From: the human T2T-CHM13v2.0 reference genome, Homo sapiens
Reading direction: 5' to 3' (one strand)
NCBI RefSeq assembly: GCF_009914755.1
Contig: NC_060929.1
Length of the DNA stretch: 64,000 nt
Shown: in pieces, positions 1 to 13,479 of the stretch
How positions within the stretch are numbered: the first letter of the stretch is position 1
How the letters are laid out: the number at the start of each line of letters is the position of its first letter
Program-made: the position numbers and the translations under genes
Notes under the pieces: model-generated
The model's database searches: none
The model's input: the letters and a program-made list of their open reading frames with translations, nothing else
What the model was told of the DNA's origin: nothing

Positions 1-152
1 GTGAGAACTTACTCACTATCATGAGAACAGGATGGAAGTGACTGAACTCACAATTCAATTACCTCCCACTCGGTCCCTCCCATGACACACGTGGATTATG
101 GGAACTACAATTCAAGATGAGATTTGGGTGGGGACAAAACAAAATTATATCA
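1..152 (-). mobile_element. THE1D-like MaLR LTR (3' LTR of provirus, cut by window edge)
   Basis: Ends ...ggaactacaattcaagatgagatttgggtggggac...tatatca, the reverse complement of the THE1 LTR start TGATATGGTTTGG; homologous to 1735-2094. Confidence 0.9.
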
Positions 153-1734
153 TTCTGCCTCTGGCCCCTCCCAAATCTCATGTCTTCGCATTTGAAAACA
201 TAAGCATGCCTTTCCAATGGTCCCCCAAAATCTTAGCTCATTTCAGCATTAACTCAAAAGTCCAAGTCCAATGTCTCATCTGAGCCTAGGCAAGTCCCTT
301 CTGCCTATAAGCCTGTAAAATCAAAAGCAAGCTAGTTACTTCCTAGATACAATGGGGGTATAGGGATTGGGTAAATACACCCATTCCAACATGAAGAAAT
401 TAATGAAAACAAAGGGGCTACAGGCAATATGAAAGTCCAAAATCCAACAAGGGAGTAAGTGAATCTTAAAGCCACAAAATAATCTCCTTTGACTTCATGT
501 CTCACATCCAAATTACACTGATGCAAGAGGTAAGCTCCCATGGCCCGGAGCAGCTCCACCCCTGTGGCTTTGCAGGGTATAGCCCACCTCTTGACTGTTT
601 TCACAGGCTGGTGCTGAGTGTCTGCCACCCTCCAGGTGCATGGCGCAAGCTGTTGGTGTATCTACCTTTCTGGGGTCCGGAAGATGGTGGCCCTCTTGTC
701 ACAGCTCCACTAGGCAGCGCCTGAGTGGGAACTCCTTGTGGGGATCTGACCCCACCTTTCTCTTCCACACTGTCCTAGCAGAGGTTCTCCAAGAGGTTCT
801 CTGCACCTGCAGCAAACTTCTGCCTGGACATCCAGGCATTTCCATACATCCTCTGAAATCTAGGTGGAGGTTCCCAAACTTCAATGCCTGACTTCTGTGC
901 ACCTGCAGACCCAACACCACATGGAAGCTGCCAAGGTTTGGGGCTTGTACCCTCCAAAGCAACAGCCTGAGCTGTACATTTGCCCCTTTTAGCCACAGCT
1001 AGAGCTGAAGCAGCTGGGATTCAAGGCACTATGTACCAAAGATGCACAAAGCTGGGGGTCCCTGGCCTGTCTTAGGAAACCATTTTTCCCTCCTAGACCT
1101 CCAGGCCTGTGATGGGAAGGTCTGGCATGCCTAGAGACATTTTCTCCATTGTCTTTGTAATTAACATTTGGCTCCTTGTTACTTATGCAAATTTCTGAAG
1201 CAGGGTTGAATTTCTCCCTAGAAAATGTTTTTTGTTTTTTACTCTCACATCATCAGACTGCAAATATTCCAAACTTTCAGGTTCTGCTTTCTCTTGAATG
1301 CTTTGCCACTTAGAAATTTCTTCTGCCAGTTACCCTAAATCATCTCTCTCAGTTTCAAAGTTCCACAGATCTCTAGGGCAGAGGCAAAATGCCACCAGTT
1401 TCTTTGCATAGCAAGAGTAAACTTTACTCTAGTTCTCAAAACGGCCCTCATCTCCATCTGAGACCACCTCAGCCTGGACTTCATTGTCTATATTACTATC
1501 AGCATTTTGCTCAAAGCTACTCAACAAGTCTTCAGGAAGTTCCAAACTTTCCCACATCTTCCTGTTTTCTGAGCTCTCCAAGTCTCTAGAAAGTTCAAAA
1601 CTTTCCCACATTTTTCTATCTTCTTCTGAGCCCTTCAAACTGTTCCAACCTCTGCCTGTTACCCAGTTCCAAAGTTGTCTCCACATTTTAGGGTATCTTT
1701 ACAGCAGCGCTCCACTCCCTCAGTACCAATTTGT
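153..1734 (-). mobile_element. THE1(D)-int MaLR internal region with decayed ORF
   Basis: About 1.58 kb between two THE1 LTRs; typical ends (ttctgcctctggcccctcccaaatctca ... cagtaccaattt); minus-strand ORF fragments such as KMWESFEL and GCMEMPGCPGR. Confidence 0.9.
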
Positions 1735-2094
1735 TGTGTTAGTCTGTTCTCAAAGTGCTAATAAAGACATACCCAAGACTGGACAATTTGTAAAGGAAAG
1801 AAGTTTAATTGACTCACATTTCAGCATGGCTCAAGAGGCCTTAGGAAACTTACAATCATGGCAGAAGGGGAAGCAAACATGTCCTCCTTCACATGGTGGC
1901 AGCAACAAGTGTAGAGTGAAGTGGGGGAAAAGCTTCTTATAAAACAATCACATTAGTGAGAACTCACTCACTGTCATGAGAACAGCATGGAGGTAACATC
2001 CCCCAGGATTCAATTACCTCACACTGGGTCTTTCCCACAGCACGTGGGGATTATGGGAACTACATATAATTCAAAATGAAATTTGGCCATATCA
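1735..2094 (-). mobile_element. THE1D-like MaLR LTR (5' LTR)
   Basis: tgtgttagtctgttctc...gctaataaagacataccc...gaaggggaagcaaacatgtc...ccatatca; abuts L1 sequence, so it probably inserted into the L1. Confidence 0.9.
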
Positions 2095-2254
2095 AACATT
2101 TTAACAATACTGATTCTTCTAATCTATGAACATGGCATATTTTTCCTTTTTTATTGGTGTCCTTTTCAATTTATTTTATCAGTGTTTTACAGTTTTCATT
2201 ATAGAGCTCTTTCCCTTCTTTAGTTAATTCCCAGGCGTTTGTTTGTTTGTTTGT

Positions 2255-2293
<39 letters not shown>

Positions 2294-5080
2294 TTTTGAG
2301 ACAGAGTCTCACTCTGTTGCCCAGGCTCGAATACAGTGGCGTAATCTTGGCTTACTGCAACCTCTGCCTCCTGAGTTCAAGTGATTCTCCTGCCTCAGCC
2401 TCCTGAGTAGCTGAGATTACAAGCGCACACCACCATGCCTGGCTCATTTTTTTGTATTTTTAGTAGAGACGGAGGTTCACCAGGGTGGTCAGGCTGGTCT
2501 CGAACTCCTGACCTGATGATCCCCCTACTTGGTCTCCTAAAGTGCTAGGATTACAGGCATGAGCCACCATGTTCGGCCCTAGGCATTTAATTTTATGTGT
2601 GGCTATTGTAAATGGGATTACTTTTTAAAAAATCTATTTCCAAATGCCTCACTGTTGGCACATAGAAATGCTACTAATTTTTGTAGGTTGAGTTTGTATT
2701 CCGCAACTTTACTAAATTTATCAATTCTGATAATGTTCTTATAGTCTCTAAAATTTTCTAAATGTAGAGTCATATCATCTTGAATTAAGGATAATTTGAC
2801 TTCTTCCATTCCAATTTGGATGCCCTATATTTCTTTCTCTGGTCTAATTGCTTTAGCTAGGACTTCCAGTACCATGTTAAATAGCACTGGTGAAAGTAGG
2901 CATCCTTGTCATGTTCCAGATCTCAGAGGAAAAGCTTTCAGTTTTTCCCTATTCAGTCTGATACTAGCTGAGGGCGTATTGTATACTGCTTTTATTATGC
3001 TAAGGTATGTTCCCTCTACGCTTAGTTTTTTTAGGGTTTTATCATGCAGAGATGTCAAATTTTATCAACTGCTTTTTCACCATAAATTGAAATGATCCTA
3101 TGGTTTTATCCTTCATTCTGGTGTTATGATGTATCAAATTGAGTGATTTGCATGTGTTGAACCATACTTGCATCCCAGGGATAAATCCCCCTTTGTCATA
3201 ATGAATGATATTTCTAATGTTTGCTGAATTCAGTTTGCTAGTATTTTGTTGAGGATTTTTGTGTCAATATTCACCACAGATATTGGCCAGTGGTTTTCTT
3301 TTTTTGATGTGTTTTTGTCCGGTTTTGGTATCAACGTGATACTGGTTTTGGAAAATGAGTTTGGAAGTATTCCCTCCTCCTCTATTCTTTGGAATAGTTT
3401 GAGTAAGATTTGTATTCTTTCCTTAAGTGCTTGGTAAAATCCAGCAGGAAACCCAGCAGTTCCTGGGCTTTTCTCTACTGGGAGACATTTTATTATGGCT
3501 TTAATCTTGTTACTTGTTATTGGTTTGTTCAGGTTTTGGATTTCTTCCTGGTTATTCTTTATAGTTTGTATGTATTTAGGAAATTGTTCATTTCTTCTAG
3601 ATTTTCCACTTTATTGGCATATAGTTGCTAATAGTAGCTGCCAATGATCATTTAAATAACTGAAGTATCAGTTGTAATGTCTCCTTTTTCCCTTCTGATT
3701 TTATTTATTTTAATCTTCCTTTTTTTCTTAGTTCAGCTAAAGGTTTGTCTTTTTGTTTAACTTTTCAAAGAAACCAACTTTTTGTTTCATTGATCTTTTG
3801 TACTGTTTTCTTCATTTCAATTTCATTTTTTTCCTCTGAACTTTTTTCTTCTTCTACTGATTTTGGGTTTGGTTTGCTCTTGCTTTTCTGCTTTTCTAGT
3901 TTTTTGAGATGCATCATTAGATTCTTTATCAGGTGTTTTTCCTCTTTTATTATGTAAGCACTTATAAGTTCTCCTTTTAATAGTGTTTTTGCTATATCCA
4001 AAATGTTCTGGTATATTGTGTTTCCATTACTCGTTTCAAGACCTTTTTCAATTTTCTTCTTAATTTCTTCATAAACCCACTGGTCATTCAGAACATATTG
4101 TTTAATTTTTGTGTATTTGTATAGTTTTCATAATTCCACTTGTTATTAATTTCTAGTTTTATTCATGTTTTGTCAGAGAAGATACTTGATATTATCTCAA
4201 TTTTTTGAATATTTTAAAACTTGTTTTGTGACCTAACATATGGCCTACCATTGAGAATGATCCATGTGCTGAGGAAAGGAATGTTCATTCTTTAGCCATT
4301 GGATGAAATGTTCTAAATGTTCTCTAAATATCTACTAGATCCATTTGATCAATAGTGCAAATTAAGTCCGATGTTTCTTTGTTGATTTTCTGTCTGGAAG
4401 ATTTGTCCAATGCTGAAAGTAGTATCTTGAAGTCTCCATCTATCATTATAATGGGGCCTATCTCTCTCTCTCTCTCTTTAGATCCAGTAATAATTTCTTT
4501 ATACATCTGGGTGCTCCAGTGTTGGGTACATGCATATTTAAAACTGTTATATTGTCTTGCTGAATTGACCCCTTTATCATTGCATAGTGATCATCTTTGT
4601 CATTTCTTATAGTTTTTGTCTTGAAATATATTATGTCTGATTTAAGTACAGCTACTCCTGCCTTTTTTTTTTTTTTTTTTTTTGGTTTCCACTGACATGG
4701 AATCTTTTTCCATCTCTATATTTTCAGTCTACTTGTATCTTTATATGTGAAGTGTATTTGTTGTAGGCAACAGACCAATATGTCTTGTTTTTTAATCCAT
4801 TCAACTACATATTAAAATAATTCATTTAACTACTTATTATTAGATTAGAAAGTTTAGTCCACGTAAGTTCAATGTTATTATTGGTAAGTAAGGACTTAAT
4901 CCTGCCATTTTGCTAGTTGTTTTCTGGTTGTTTTCCGATATCTTCTTCTTTTTTTTCATTCCTGTCTTTCTTTAGTGAAGGTAATTTTCTCTAATAAGAT
5001 GATTTAGTTTATTGCTTTTAAATTTTGTGTGTGCATTCATTGTATGTTTTTTGGTTTGAAGTTACCATAAGGCTAACAAG
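2095..5080 (-). mobile_element. Old L1 (L1M/L1MA-like) ORF2 region, interrupted by an Alu
   Basis: Minus-strand translations: ORF2 start MAGLSPYLPIITLN (ATG near 4908), endonuclease GDFKILLSALDKSSRQKINKET (4324-4506), degenerate RT motif [15 protein letters not shown] (2618-2809). Confidence 0.9.
2238..2578 (-). mobile_element. Alu (AluS, Sg-like) with (TTTG)n(TTTA)n tail
   Basis: Full dimer gagacagagtctcactctgttgcccaggc...gagccaccatgttcggcc; degenerate TSD ccaggcgttt / ctaggcattt. Confidence 0.95.
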
Positions 5081-8000
5081 TATTTTATGTTTCTATTTTA
5101 TCAAATAGGCTTTGTTATCTTTTTATATTAAATGGTTACCTCAAATGCCAGGTGCTCCTGGGCAATTTATATTTAAGAATGAAGCACTATAATTCTGCTT
5201 AGAATCTCTGTTAACCACACATCAGACCCACTGCCATATCACTGACTGAATGGGTCAGGACCAATCAGCACCATTGGAGAATTCTTTGGTTATAGTTACT
5301 TTTCAGAGAGTAATAACTTCATCATTGCTTCTATCATAATATGTTTTGCTATTATCTATATAAGTATTGAAAAGGAGAATGAGTGCTAGGTATCAAACCA
5401 TTTAGATAAAACCACCTTAGCATTTATCTTCCTTTAAGTGGAATTATCTTACTTTATCTTATTTTATATGGAATTAGGAAAGTCTAGGCATTGTGGACTT
5501 TTTCCAATACTAGAGAATGTATTCTATTATTTTCAATGGACAAAAAATAAAGTCAATGAAAAGAACTTGCATATTGTATATTTTCTTCATTATTGGACAA
5601 AAGTAAAGCTTTTGTAGGCTTTCTCTGCCTTATAAACCTTTACATGATAATAAATAATTTAGTTGCATATAAATTGGCACATGGAATAAATCATACAATG
5701 CAAAAGGGAGGTTAACAGAGTATAAATAATGTGTATGATTAATACATAAATAAAAAGAAATGAGAGATTGTATTATAACCAAAAGAAGTCTTTTTTTTTC
5801 TCTTTCTAGTTCTGTATTTTGAATGGTAAAATTAAGCTGCCTCACTCATTTCTTTAATATGCATTCACCCACATTAAACTGAAGGACTTTGAGACTACAG
5901 AAATGGATTCCTTCAAAAAGACTCCTCCAATTTACATCAGATACTCAGAGTTCAGTTAAGGATCAATGCTTTTATTACTGGAGAGGCTCTATCACTTTCT
6001 GGAAATAATAGTTCCTGGAATGGTGAAACATTTCCCATTTGATATTGGTGGTAAACTAAAATTTATGACTTAACCTTGTTGGCACTGAGAGCTCCATTTT
6101 TCCTCTCCAGCCTGACCATTGTCTTGACCAGAAAGAATACGTTTTCACTATTTAGCCAAGTGCATCTGAGAAGGTTGCCATGGTTTAGGAGGCACTTATG
6201 TAGCCCTTCTTTAGTTTCACACACAAGGAAGGAGCAGATAACTTTTACTATGAATAAATCAATAAGACTGATGCACTAGAAATGTAGTTTGAAAGGGCAG
6301 CAGCCTTCTAAAAGCTTTGAAAGCTAACTTTTAACTTTAGAGAGAGAGTTGAAAGTTGAAATTCACATAGTGGTATTATAGCCATTATCTTTTTTCATGT
6401 TATAAAAGAACTGTAACTCACTAGGACTTACAGCAACAGTAAGAGCCTCTCCAAGAGATGAAGAAACATAACAATTGCTCCGTAGCACTTCAAGATATTT
6501 TGTTTCTTCTGTAAAAACAAAAACTACTTATTTTATGAACTGTCCATATATTGGTCTGGTATTAGAAGAAGACTTAACATGTGACAATGATTGTAATAGA
6601 AGTAGGAAAGCAGAATCATTATATTTAAAATGCAATTCTGTACAATATAGACTTCCCTTTATAACATAAGAAAATAGATAGTTCATATTGCTACCTAATT
6701 CTGATAAAATAATAATCACAAGATGCATTTTGGTGTGACTATTTATAAAGCAATAATCTGTGGCAGTGATGGTGTTATTTGGTTTGCAGCCCTTATATGG
6801 GAATACTGGAATTCTACCTTCAAACAAATTTCTTAGGGTGAAATATTTGCGACTTTGGTAGCTATAAATAAAAACTAAGTAAACAGCAGTGGAATTCAGA
6901 CTGCTTCATTTTTTTATACATATAAAAGGCTTATTTGAGGTTTTTCTGTGTGATTAGCAGATTGGTTTTAAACACAATATAATTCCAACAGATTGTAATA
7001 TTTTGTTTATTTTCTGGTTTATTTCATACAGAAGGAGTAATAATAATAGTGCACGTAGAGATAAAGTGCAAGTAGAGAGTTGAATTGAAAAGCCAAGAGG
7101 TTTGTGGGGTTTTTTCATCTTTTGAAAATTATGTTTAAAAATTGCTGGCATACTATTTATAATATATAAAATATTTAAATCAATATTTTAGATTTTGGAA
7201 AGACAAGTGGGGAGGTTGTGGAAAGTATGATGCAGGTTAAAGATATGACTTCTGTCTTCTAAGAATTTTACAATGCAATGGAAGAATGAGAGAAGTGCAC
7301 ACATCAGATAAGAATAATTAATATAGAGAACTACAAAGCATAGGTTGAGAATGGAGAAAGCCAGGTTTTATGTTACAATGCTGAGTGCATTTATAAGGCA
7401 CAGAGATTTGTACTACACTTTAAAAACACCTACAACTAATTGGAAGTGATAAGATCAAATAATAAAAGACTGAGTGTTGTGTTATGCCAATAGCAATTTG
7501 TTTGGAAGAAAGAAAAAGGATTGATTCAGGGTAAATTCATATTGTACTTCAATCAGGAAAGATTTTATGACATTTCCAGTTAAAAATCTCCATTCTATCA
7601 CCAAAGTTTATTTCCCCTGCTATATAATTTATCTTTCCCTTTTTTATTCACTTAAGGAGCTGTGAATTTTTTTTCTGTATTCTCCTTAACAACCCAGTTT
7701 TTATTCCCAGTGACATGGTGACATATGTAGCTGAGCAAACAGGAACTTGGAGATTAGTAGAACAATAAGCATTTACTAAAGTATGCTATCTGGGGACATT
7801 ATGCCCCCCAAGAACTGATCCTAAGGATCTCATAAATTTATTCATTCCAGCAAAATAAATGTCTCCCTAGGGTTCACATTTGCTGATAAAATTTGAAGAA
7901 CTTCTTCATATATTACATAGACATTAAAAATCCCTAACATTCAAATTCATATGTGTATATATCGGGAGTGGGGGATGCTAGTTAGTTAGAAACTTCCTAA

Positions 8001-8311
8001 CACATTTTTCTAGGATGTAAAACTTATTTGTATAATGGTTGTTGGTAAGCCAAGGTCTCTTGGAAATGAAATTACTGTGCTACAGGAAAAAAAAAAAAAC
8101 TCTTTCTCTCCTTCTGAAAGCAAAATTGTTCTAGCTGTTGAATATAACATAGATTGTCAGTGAAAATCCAGATTCAAAATAGTGAGCCTATTAAGCAGCT
8201 TTTAGAGAAAGGATGATAGGTGGAAGAAAACATTGACAAGGGTATTGGAAGTGTGGAATTTGAGTAGCTGTCACATACTTAAAATCTATAGAACTCTGTG
8301 ACTTGGCTAAA

Positions 8312-8754
8312 TGTCTTAGTCTGTTTAGTGTTGCTGCCAATAATACTTGAGACTGGTTAATGCATAAAGAAAAGTTTATTTGGCTCAAAATTCAGGTGTC
8401 TGGAATGTCCAAGATTGGGCAGCTGCATCTAGTGAGGGCCTCAAGCTGCTTCAACTCATGGCTGAAAGCAGAAGGGAAGCAGTTATGTGTGAAGAGATCA
8501 TATGGTAAGAAAGGAAACAAGAGAAAAGCTGAGGAAGCCAGACTCTCTTTAACAACTTTCTCTCTCAAGAAATACTGCATCATTCTTGTGAGAGCAATTC
8601 CTGTCTGTGGGAATGAGGGCATTAATCTATACATGAGAAATTTGACTATATGACTCAAACACTTACCATGAGGTTCTATCTCCCAATACCCCCATACAGA
8701 GGATCAAATTTCAACATTTGTTTTGGAAGAGAAAATTCATATCCAAACCATGTA
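8312..8754 (-). mobile_element. MSTC-like MaLR LTR (3' LTR)
   Basis: tgtcttagtctgtttagtgttgct...aagattgggcagctgcatctagtgagggcctc...ggatcaaatttcaacat...atccaaacca; homologous to 10493-11008. Confidence 0.85.
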
Positions 8755-10492
8755 ATTCTGCCCTTAGGTCCCCAAAACTCATGTCCTTCTCACATGCAAA
8801 ATGCAATCAGTCATACCTTCTCAATAGTACCAGAAGTCTTGACTTGTTCTAGCACCAACTTAAAAGCCTCAAAGTCCAGCTCTGACCTTATAAAATCAAA
8901 AACAAGCTATTTACTTTCAAGATACAATGGTGGAATAGACATAGGGTAGACATTCCTATTCAAGAGGAGAGAAAGAAACTAAAAGAAGATAGAAATAATA
9001 GGCCCCTAATGCAAGCAAGTCTGAAACTCAGCAGTGCAAACATTAAATATGAAAGTTCCAGAATAATATCCTTTGACTTCATGTCCCACATCCTGGTCAC
9101 ACTGGTGCAAGGAGTAGTCTCCCAAGGCCTCTGGCACTCTCATCCCTTGACTGCTCAGAGCAATCCATTTGGCTTTTTCATGGTTTCCACCTACGTGCCT
9201 ACAGCTTTTCCAGGCTGAGATTGGATGCTTCCAGTTACTACAATTCTAGGGTTCCAGCAGCTTCCCCACCCTGGGCATTGCCCTGGTGGGGACTCTCTGC
9301 AGTATCTCCTACCCTAAATTTCCTTTCAATATTGCCCTAGTAGAGATTTTCTGGACTGGCTCAGTCCCTGTGACAAGTCTCTACCTGGGCCTGCAGGTTT
9401 CTCTGTAAATGTTTTGAAATCTCAATGGAGGAAGCCATCTCTCCATAGTTCCTGCATTCCATGTGCCTGCAGAATTAAGACTATCTAGACTCCAAAGCTT
9501 CCTACTTGTGCCCTTGCAAGTGGTGACATGAGCCTCACCTTGGGCAATGTGAGCCATGGCTGTTCCATCTGGAGTGGCCAGGTTGCAGAGAGCAGTCTCC
9601 CAAGACATCTCAAGGCAGTAGTGCCCTGGGCCAGTGCCCTGAAAACATTATGTTCTCCTAGTCTTCTGGGCCTGTGATGGGAGGGGTAGTCTAGAATACT
9701 TTTGAAATATCTTTAGGGCTTTTTTCCTATAGTTTTGACTATTAGCACCTGGATCCCTTTTATCTGTGCTAATTCCTTCAGCAAAAAGTCCTAGCCAATG
9801 CACCCTTGACTCCCTCTTTTGAAAATGCTCTTTCATTCTCTACCAAATGCCCAAGCTGTGAATTTCACAAATGTTTACACTCTTCTTCCCTTTTAATTGT
9901 AAATGCTGCCTTCAGTTTATCCCTTTGTTGTTGTAACTCAATGTAAGCTGTTAAAAGTAACCACACAGCTTCTTGATTGCTTTGCTGCTTAGAAATTTCT
10001 TCTATTAGGTATACTAGTTCATAACTCTTAGGTTCTGCCTTCCATAACTCTTAGAGCATGAACACAATGCAGCCAAGTTCTTTGCTGTGGGCCTGTGATG
10101 AGAGGGCCCACAGCAAAGAACTTGGCTGCATTGTGTTTATGCCCTAACACTGCATTGTAACAAGGATGATCTTTTCTGTGGTACCCAATATGATGTTGTT
10201 CCTCATTTCCACCCGAGATTTCATCAAAACGGCCTTTACTTTCCATATTTCTATCAGCATTTTGGCCATAACCCTATAACCAATGGCTAAGAAGTTCCAA
10301 ACTTTCCATTGTGTTTTTGACTTTTTCTGAGCCCTCAGCAGAATTACCATTAATGCTCTATTTATGGCAATACAGACTCTTTAGACTGCTTCTTCCAGTT
10401 CTTCCAGCCATTACTCATTACCCAGCTTCAAAGCTGCTTTCATATTTTCAGGTATCTGTATAGCAACACCCCACTCTTCAGTACCAATTTTC
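8755..10492 (-). mobile_element. MST-int MaLR internal region
   Basis: Lies between two MST LTRs; collinear similarity to the THE1-int at 153-1734 (e.g. cctttgacttcatgtc, caccccactcttcagtaccaattt). Confidence 0.85.
10051..10147. repeat. Near-perfect inverted repeat: 43-bp arms, 11-nt spacer
   Basis: 10051-10093 ttagagcatgaacacaatgcagccaagttctttgctgtgggcc versus the reverse complement of 10105-10147; 41/43 match. Confidence 0.95.
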
Positions 10493-11008
10493 TGCCTTAA
10501 TCTATTTAGTGTTGCTGTAACAGAATGCCTAGGACTAAGGAATTTACAAAGAAAAGAGAATTGGCTCACAATTCTGATGGCTAGAAAGGTCAAGATTGAG
10601 CAGCCGCATCTGGTGAGGGCCTCAAACTGTTTCAATACTTGGCAGAAAACCAATACTTGGTGTGGGCATGTTCATAGACATTACATGGTGAAAAAGAAAG
10701 CAAAAGAGTAAAACCAAGGATGCCAGGCTTTTTTTAGCAACCTTCTTTCTCAGGAATTAGTAAGTTGGTGCAAAAGTAATTGTGGTTTTTGTCATTTAAA
10801 ACTAATGGCCCAAACTGCAATTACTTTTGTACCTACCAGTAATTCATTCCTTCAAGAGCAAGAACTCACTCACCCCTGTGAGAGGGCATTAATCTATTCA
10901 TGAGGGATCCACCTGCATGAGCCAAATATCTCTCACTAGACCCCACCTCCAAACACTGTCATTAAGAATCAAATTTGGACCTGAGTTTTGGGAGGACAAG
11001 CCATACCC
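10493..11008 (-). mobile_element. MSTC-like MaLR LTR (5' LTR) containing MADE1
   Basis: Homologous to 8312-8754; candidate 5-bp TSD of the whole provirus ctaaa (8307-8311) / ctaga (11009-11013). Confidence 0.85.
10760..10839. mobile_element. MADE1 MITE (Hsmar1 mariner derivative)
   Basis: 80-bp palindromic element aagttggtgcaaaagtaattgtggttttt...aaactgcaattacttttgtacctacc flanked by TA on both sides. Confidence 0.9.
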
Positions 11009-11029
11009 CTAGATATCACTCAGAGTCAA

Positions 11030-11850
11030 TGAGAAGGATGTTTCTGGTTTGGTTATTTGGAACATTCATTGAATGAGCTTCTTTTCACTATAGTAAAGAT
11101 TTCTGAAAAGAAGATCATTCACAGAGGACAAATAAATTTGTTATTAGAAAAGTTGTGATTGAGGTAATGAGACAATCCACAAGCATTTGTGAAGCAGAGG
11201 TTCAATGTGGTGGTTCTCAGGTTAGAAGACCAGGTATTAGGCTGTTTATGTGTATTTGGATTTGCCTGAGTTTGGTAATAAGTGAAAGAAGGCAAATGAG
11301 TATGGTCTCATGAAACAGACATGCAGATTGGCAGAGAAGAAGGTTCTTCATAGAGAACTGGGGAACAACATTTAAATGGTAGATGTAAGAAGAGAAGATA
11401 ATAAAATAAAAAGTCTTGGATTTAATTATGAGAAGAATAGGAAAACCAATTCAGTGTTTTTCAAGGAATTCATTGGGAAGCCTTTTTTGAAAGTAGGGAT
11501 TATTCAGTGGAGAGAGATGTTGCCAAAAAAATTAAGGAAAATCAACACTGAAGTTTGCATTGGCTTTGAAGCTAGGAAAATTTCAGAATTAGTGACACAG
11601 TTCTAGTGGAGACTTTGATAAAATGAAGCCAGATTGAAAAAATGAAGCCAGATTGAGTAGTGAAAAATAATGAAGAAAAGGCAACAGACAAATGTACTAG
11701 AAGAGTAATTTGCCTGAGAAAGGAAGGATGAGTTAACACAATAAGTGGAAGAGGATAAAGGCTGAAAAAACTTTTGGGTGTGGATAAATGATGAGTAAAA
11801 TGGGATCCTTGACATTTAGAAAGGGATAACAAAAATACTAATTTAAGTTT
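11030..11850 (-). mobile_element. Degraded L2 fragment
   Basis: Purine-rich stretch typical of antisense L2 (e.g. gtgttttcaagg...gattattcagtggagagagatg); weak similarity only. Confidence 0.45.
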
Positions 11851-12034
11851 ATAAGTTTGCATTAAAAATTATAACATACAAGAGTGGGAAATAATATACT
11901 ATTATGACTAATCAGCTGATATTAAATATGTATTTCTTAAATCTGTCTTTAAAATCACAGAGTCTGTTAAAGCCAGAGCCAATTCTTTTAGAACTAATTT
12001 AAAATTCTTAATGATGTTAATGAAGAGAAATTCC

Positions 12035-12164
12035 TTTTTAATCTTAATAGTTAAATTTTGAAAACTGCATAATACATATTTCTTGATGTTCTCTAATAAT
12101 ATTTTTAATCATAATAGTTAAATTTTGAAAACAGCATAATATTTATTGATGTTCTCTAATAATA
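12035..12164. repeat. Tandem duplication, two ~65-bp AT-rich units
   Basis: tttttaatc(t/a)taatagttaaattttgaaaac(t/a)gcataata...ttgatgttctctaataata occurs twice (67 bp and 63 bp). Confidence 0.9.
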
Positions 12165-12174
12165 TTTTCTAGTA

Positions 12175-12178
<4 letters not shown>

Positions 12179-12218
<40 letters not shown>
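12179..12218. repeat. (GT)20 microsatellite
   Basis: Direct read. Confidence 0.98.
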
Positions 12219-12220
<2 letters not shown>

Positions 12221-12942
12221 TTAGTATAGTTATAAACTCTGCCTTTAGAATATTGGGAATTATACACCATTGCCCCTGCTTCAGTGTGCTGAGCACTAAT
12301 TTTGTACTTAGCCACATAATACAAGCATAAAAAGTGTCACTTTTACTGTCTAAAACCAAGAAATATAAGGCCTAAACATCATCCGAATCAGGCAAACCTG
12401 CAGGTTTTCTTTTCCTTTGCATTTCAAATCCATGCTGTCTTGGTAAATACTCAATTACTATGATTTTCTGGAATATAATCCTAATAATTCTAAAGACATA
12501 TAAAATAATTTAAACATATTATTAAACTTATTATTCAGCATTCGTTTTTTGAAAACAAAATGGTGATACACATATCCTTGAATTTACATGGACAGATTTT
12601 GATCTATGTGACATTTTTATTATATTTTCTTCTCTGGAAACAATGAAAACAAAATTTATGAATATATTTTATTCTATTTATCTAATTTTACTCCATTTCA
12701 TTAGGATGCATCTTTTCATTATTTCCCCAGTATTTAGAGCATCTTTCAAATTATCACAAGAATCATCTAGATACTCACTTCAAGACTATTGATTTAGGAT
12801 AGGATTTGAAACTTTTGAGAGCAGAAATGTTACTTACTCTCTCAAAAAATAAAATAACTGCCATGTCTTCATGCTCCACAGAACAGTAAGAAGAATTCAC
12901 AGCAGTGTGCCCTTTCTGAAAGAACTGCTCTCACAGCCTGGG

Positions 12943-12946
12943 AAAA

Positions 12947-12990
<44 letters not shown>
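12943..12990. repeat. (A)n(TA)n compound microsatellite
   Basis: Direct read. Confidence 0.95.
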
Positions 12991-12994
<4 letters not shown>

Positions 12995-13479
12995 ACTCTG
13001 TTGATTTCTTTCACTCAGTAGCATGGCATTATTTGTTCCTTGCTTTCCTTATGTCATTGTTGTAGAAATGCTCATTCCTCTTGCTCTACGTGGGCTACCC
13101 AGACACTGGAAGTTCCAACGCAAGGAAATATTTATTTAAAATTATAACACAGCTAGGCTTTTACCAGTGTCACAGTTTTGTCAAAACCAAAGCCAGTCCT
13201 TCTAACCATAACACTTGGTCTCAAGATCCTCTTCCTGATGTCTTTCAGAACTCCAGGAAATAAACTTGTACTCACTGTCCAAAGGTGAACAGAGTCATCA
13301 CCATGCTGGATCAGACACACAGGATGCACAGGTGTAAACCCGAAGTAAGGCAGACCTGGATTCAAATTTACCTAGTATGTGACTGGACAATTTTTAAATC
13401 TTCTATCTAAACCAACACGTTATCTTCTTTTTTTTCTCATTTATTGCACAAGCCGCGCTTCAGTGATATCTTTATCTCC

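Noticed and set aside
1527-1632. ~55-bp tandem duplication in THE1-int
   Set aside because: The copies are diverged, and I recall this duplication in many THE1D-int copies. It is probably a subfamily trait rather than locus-specific.
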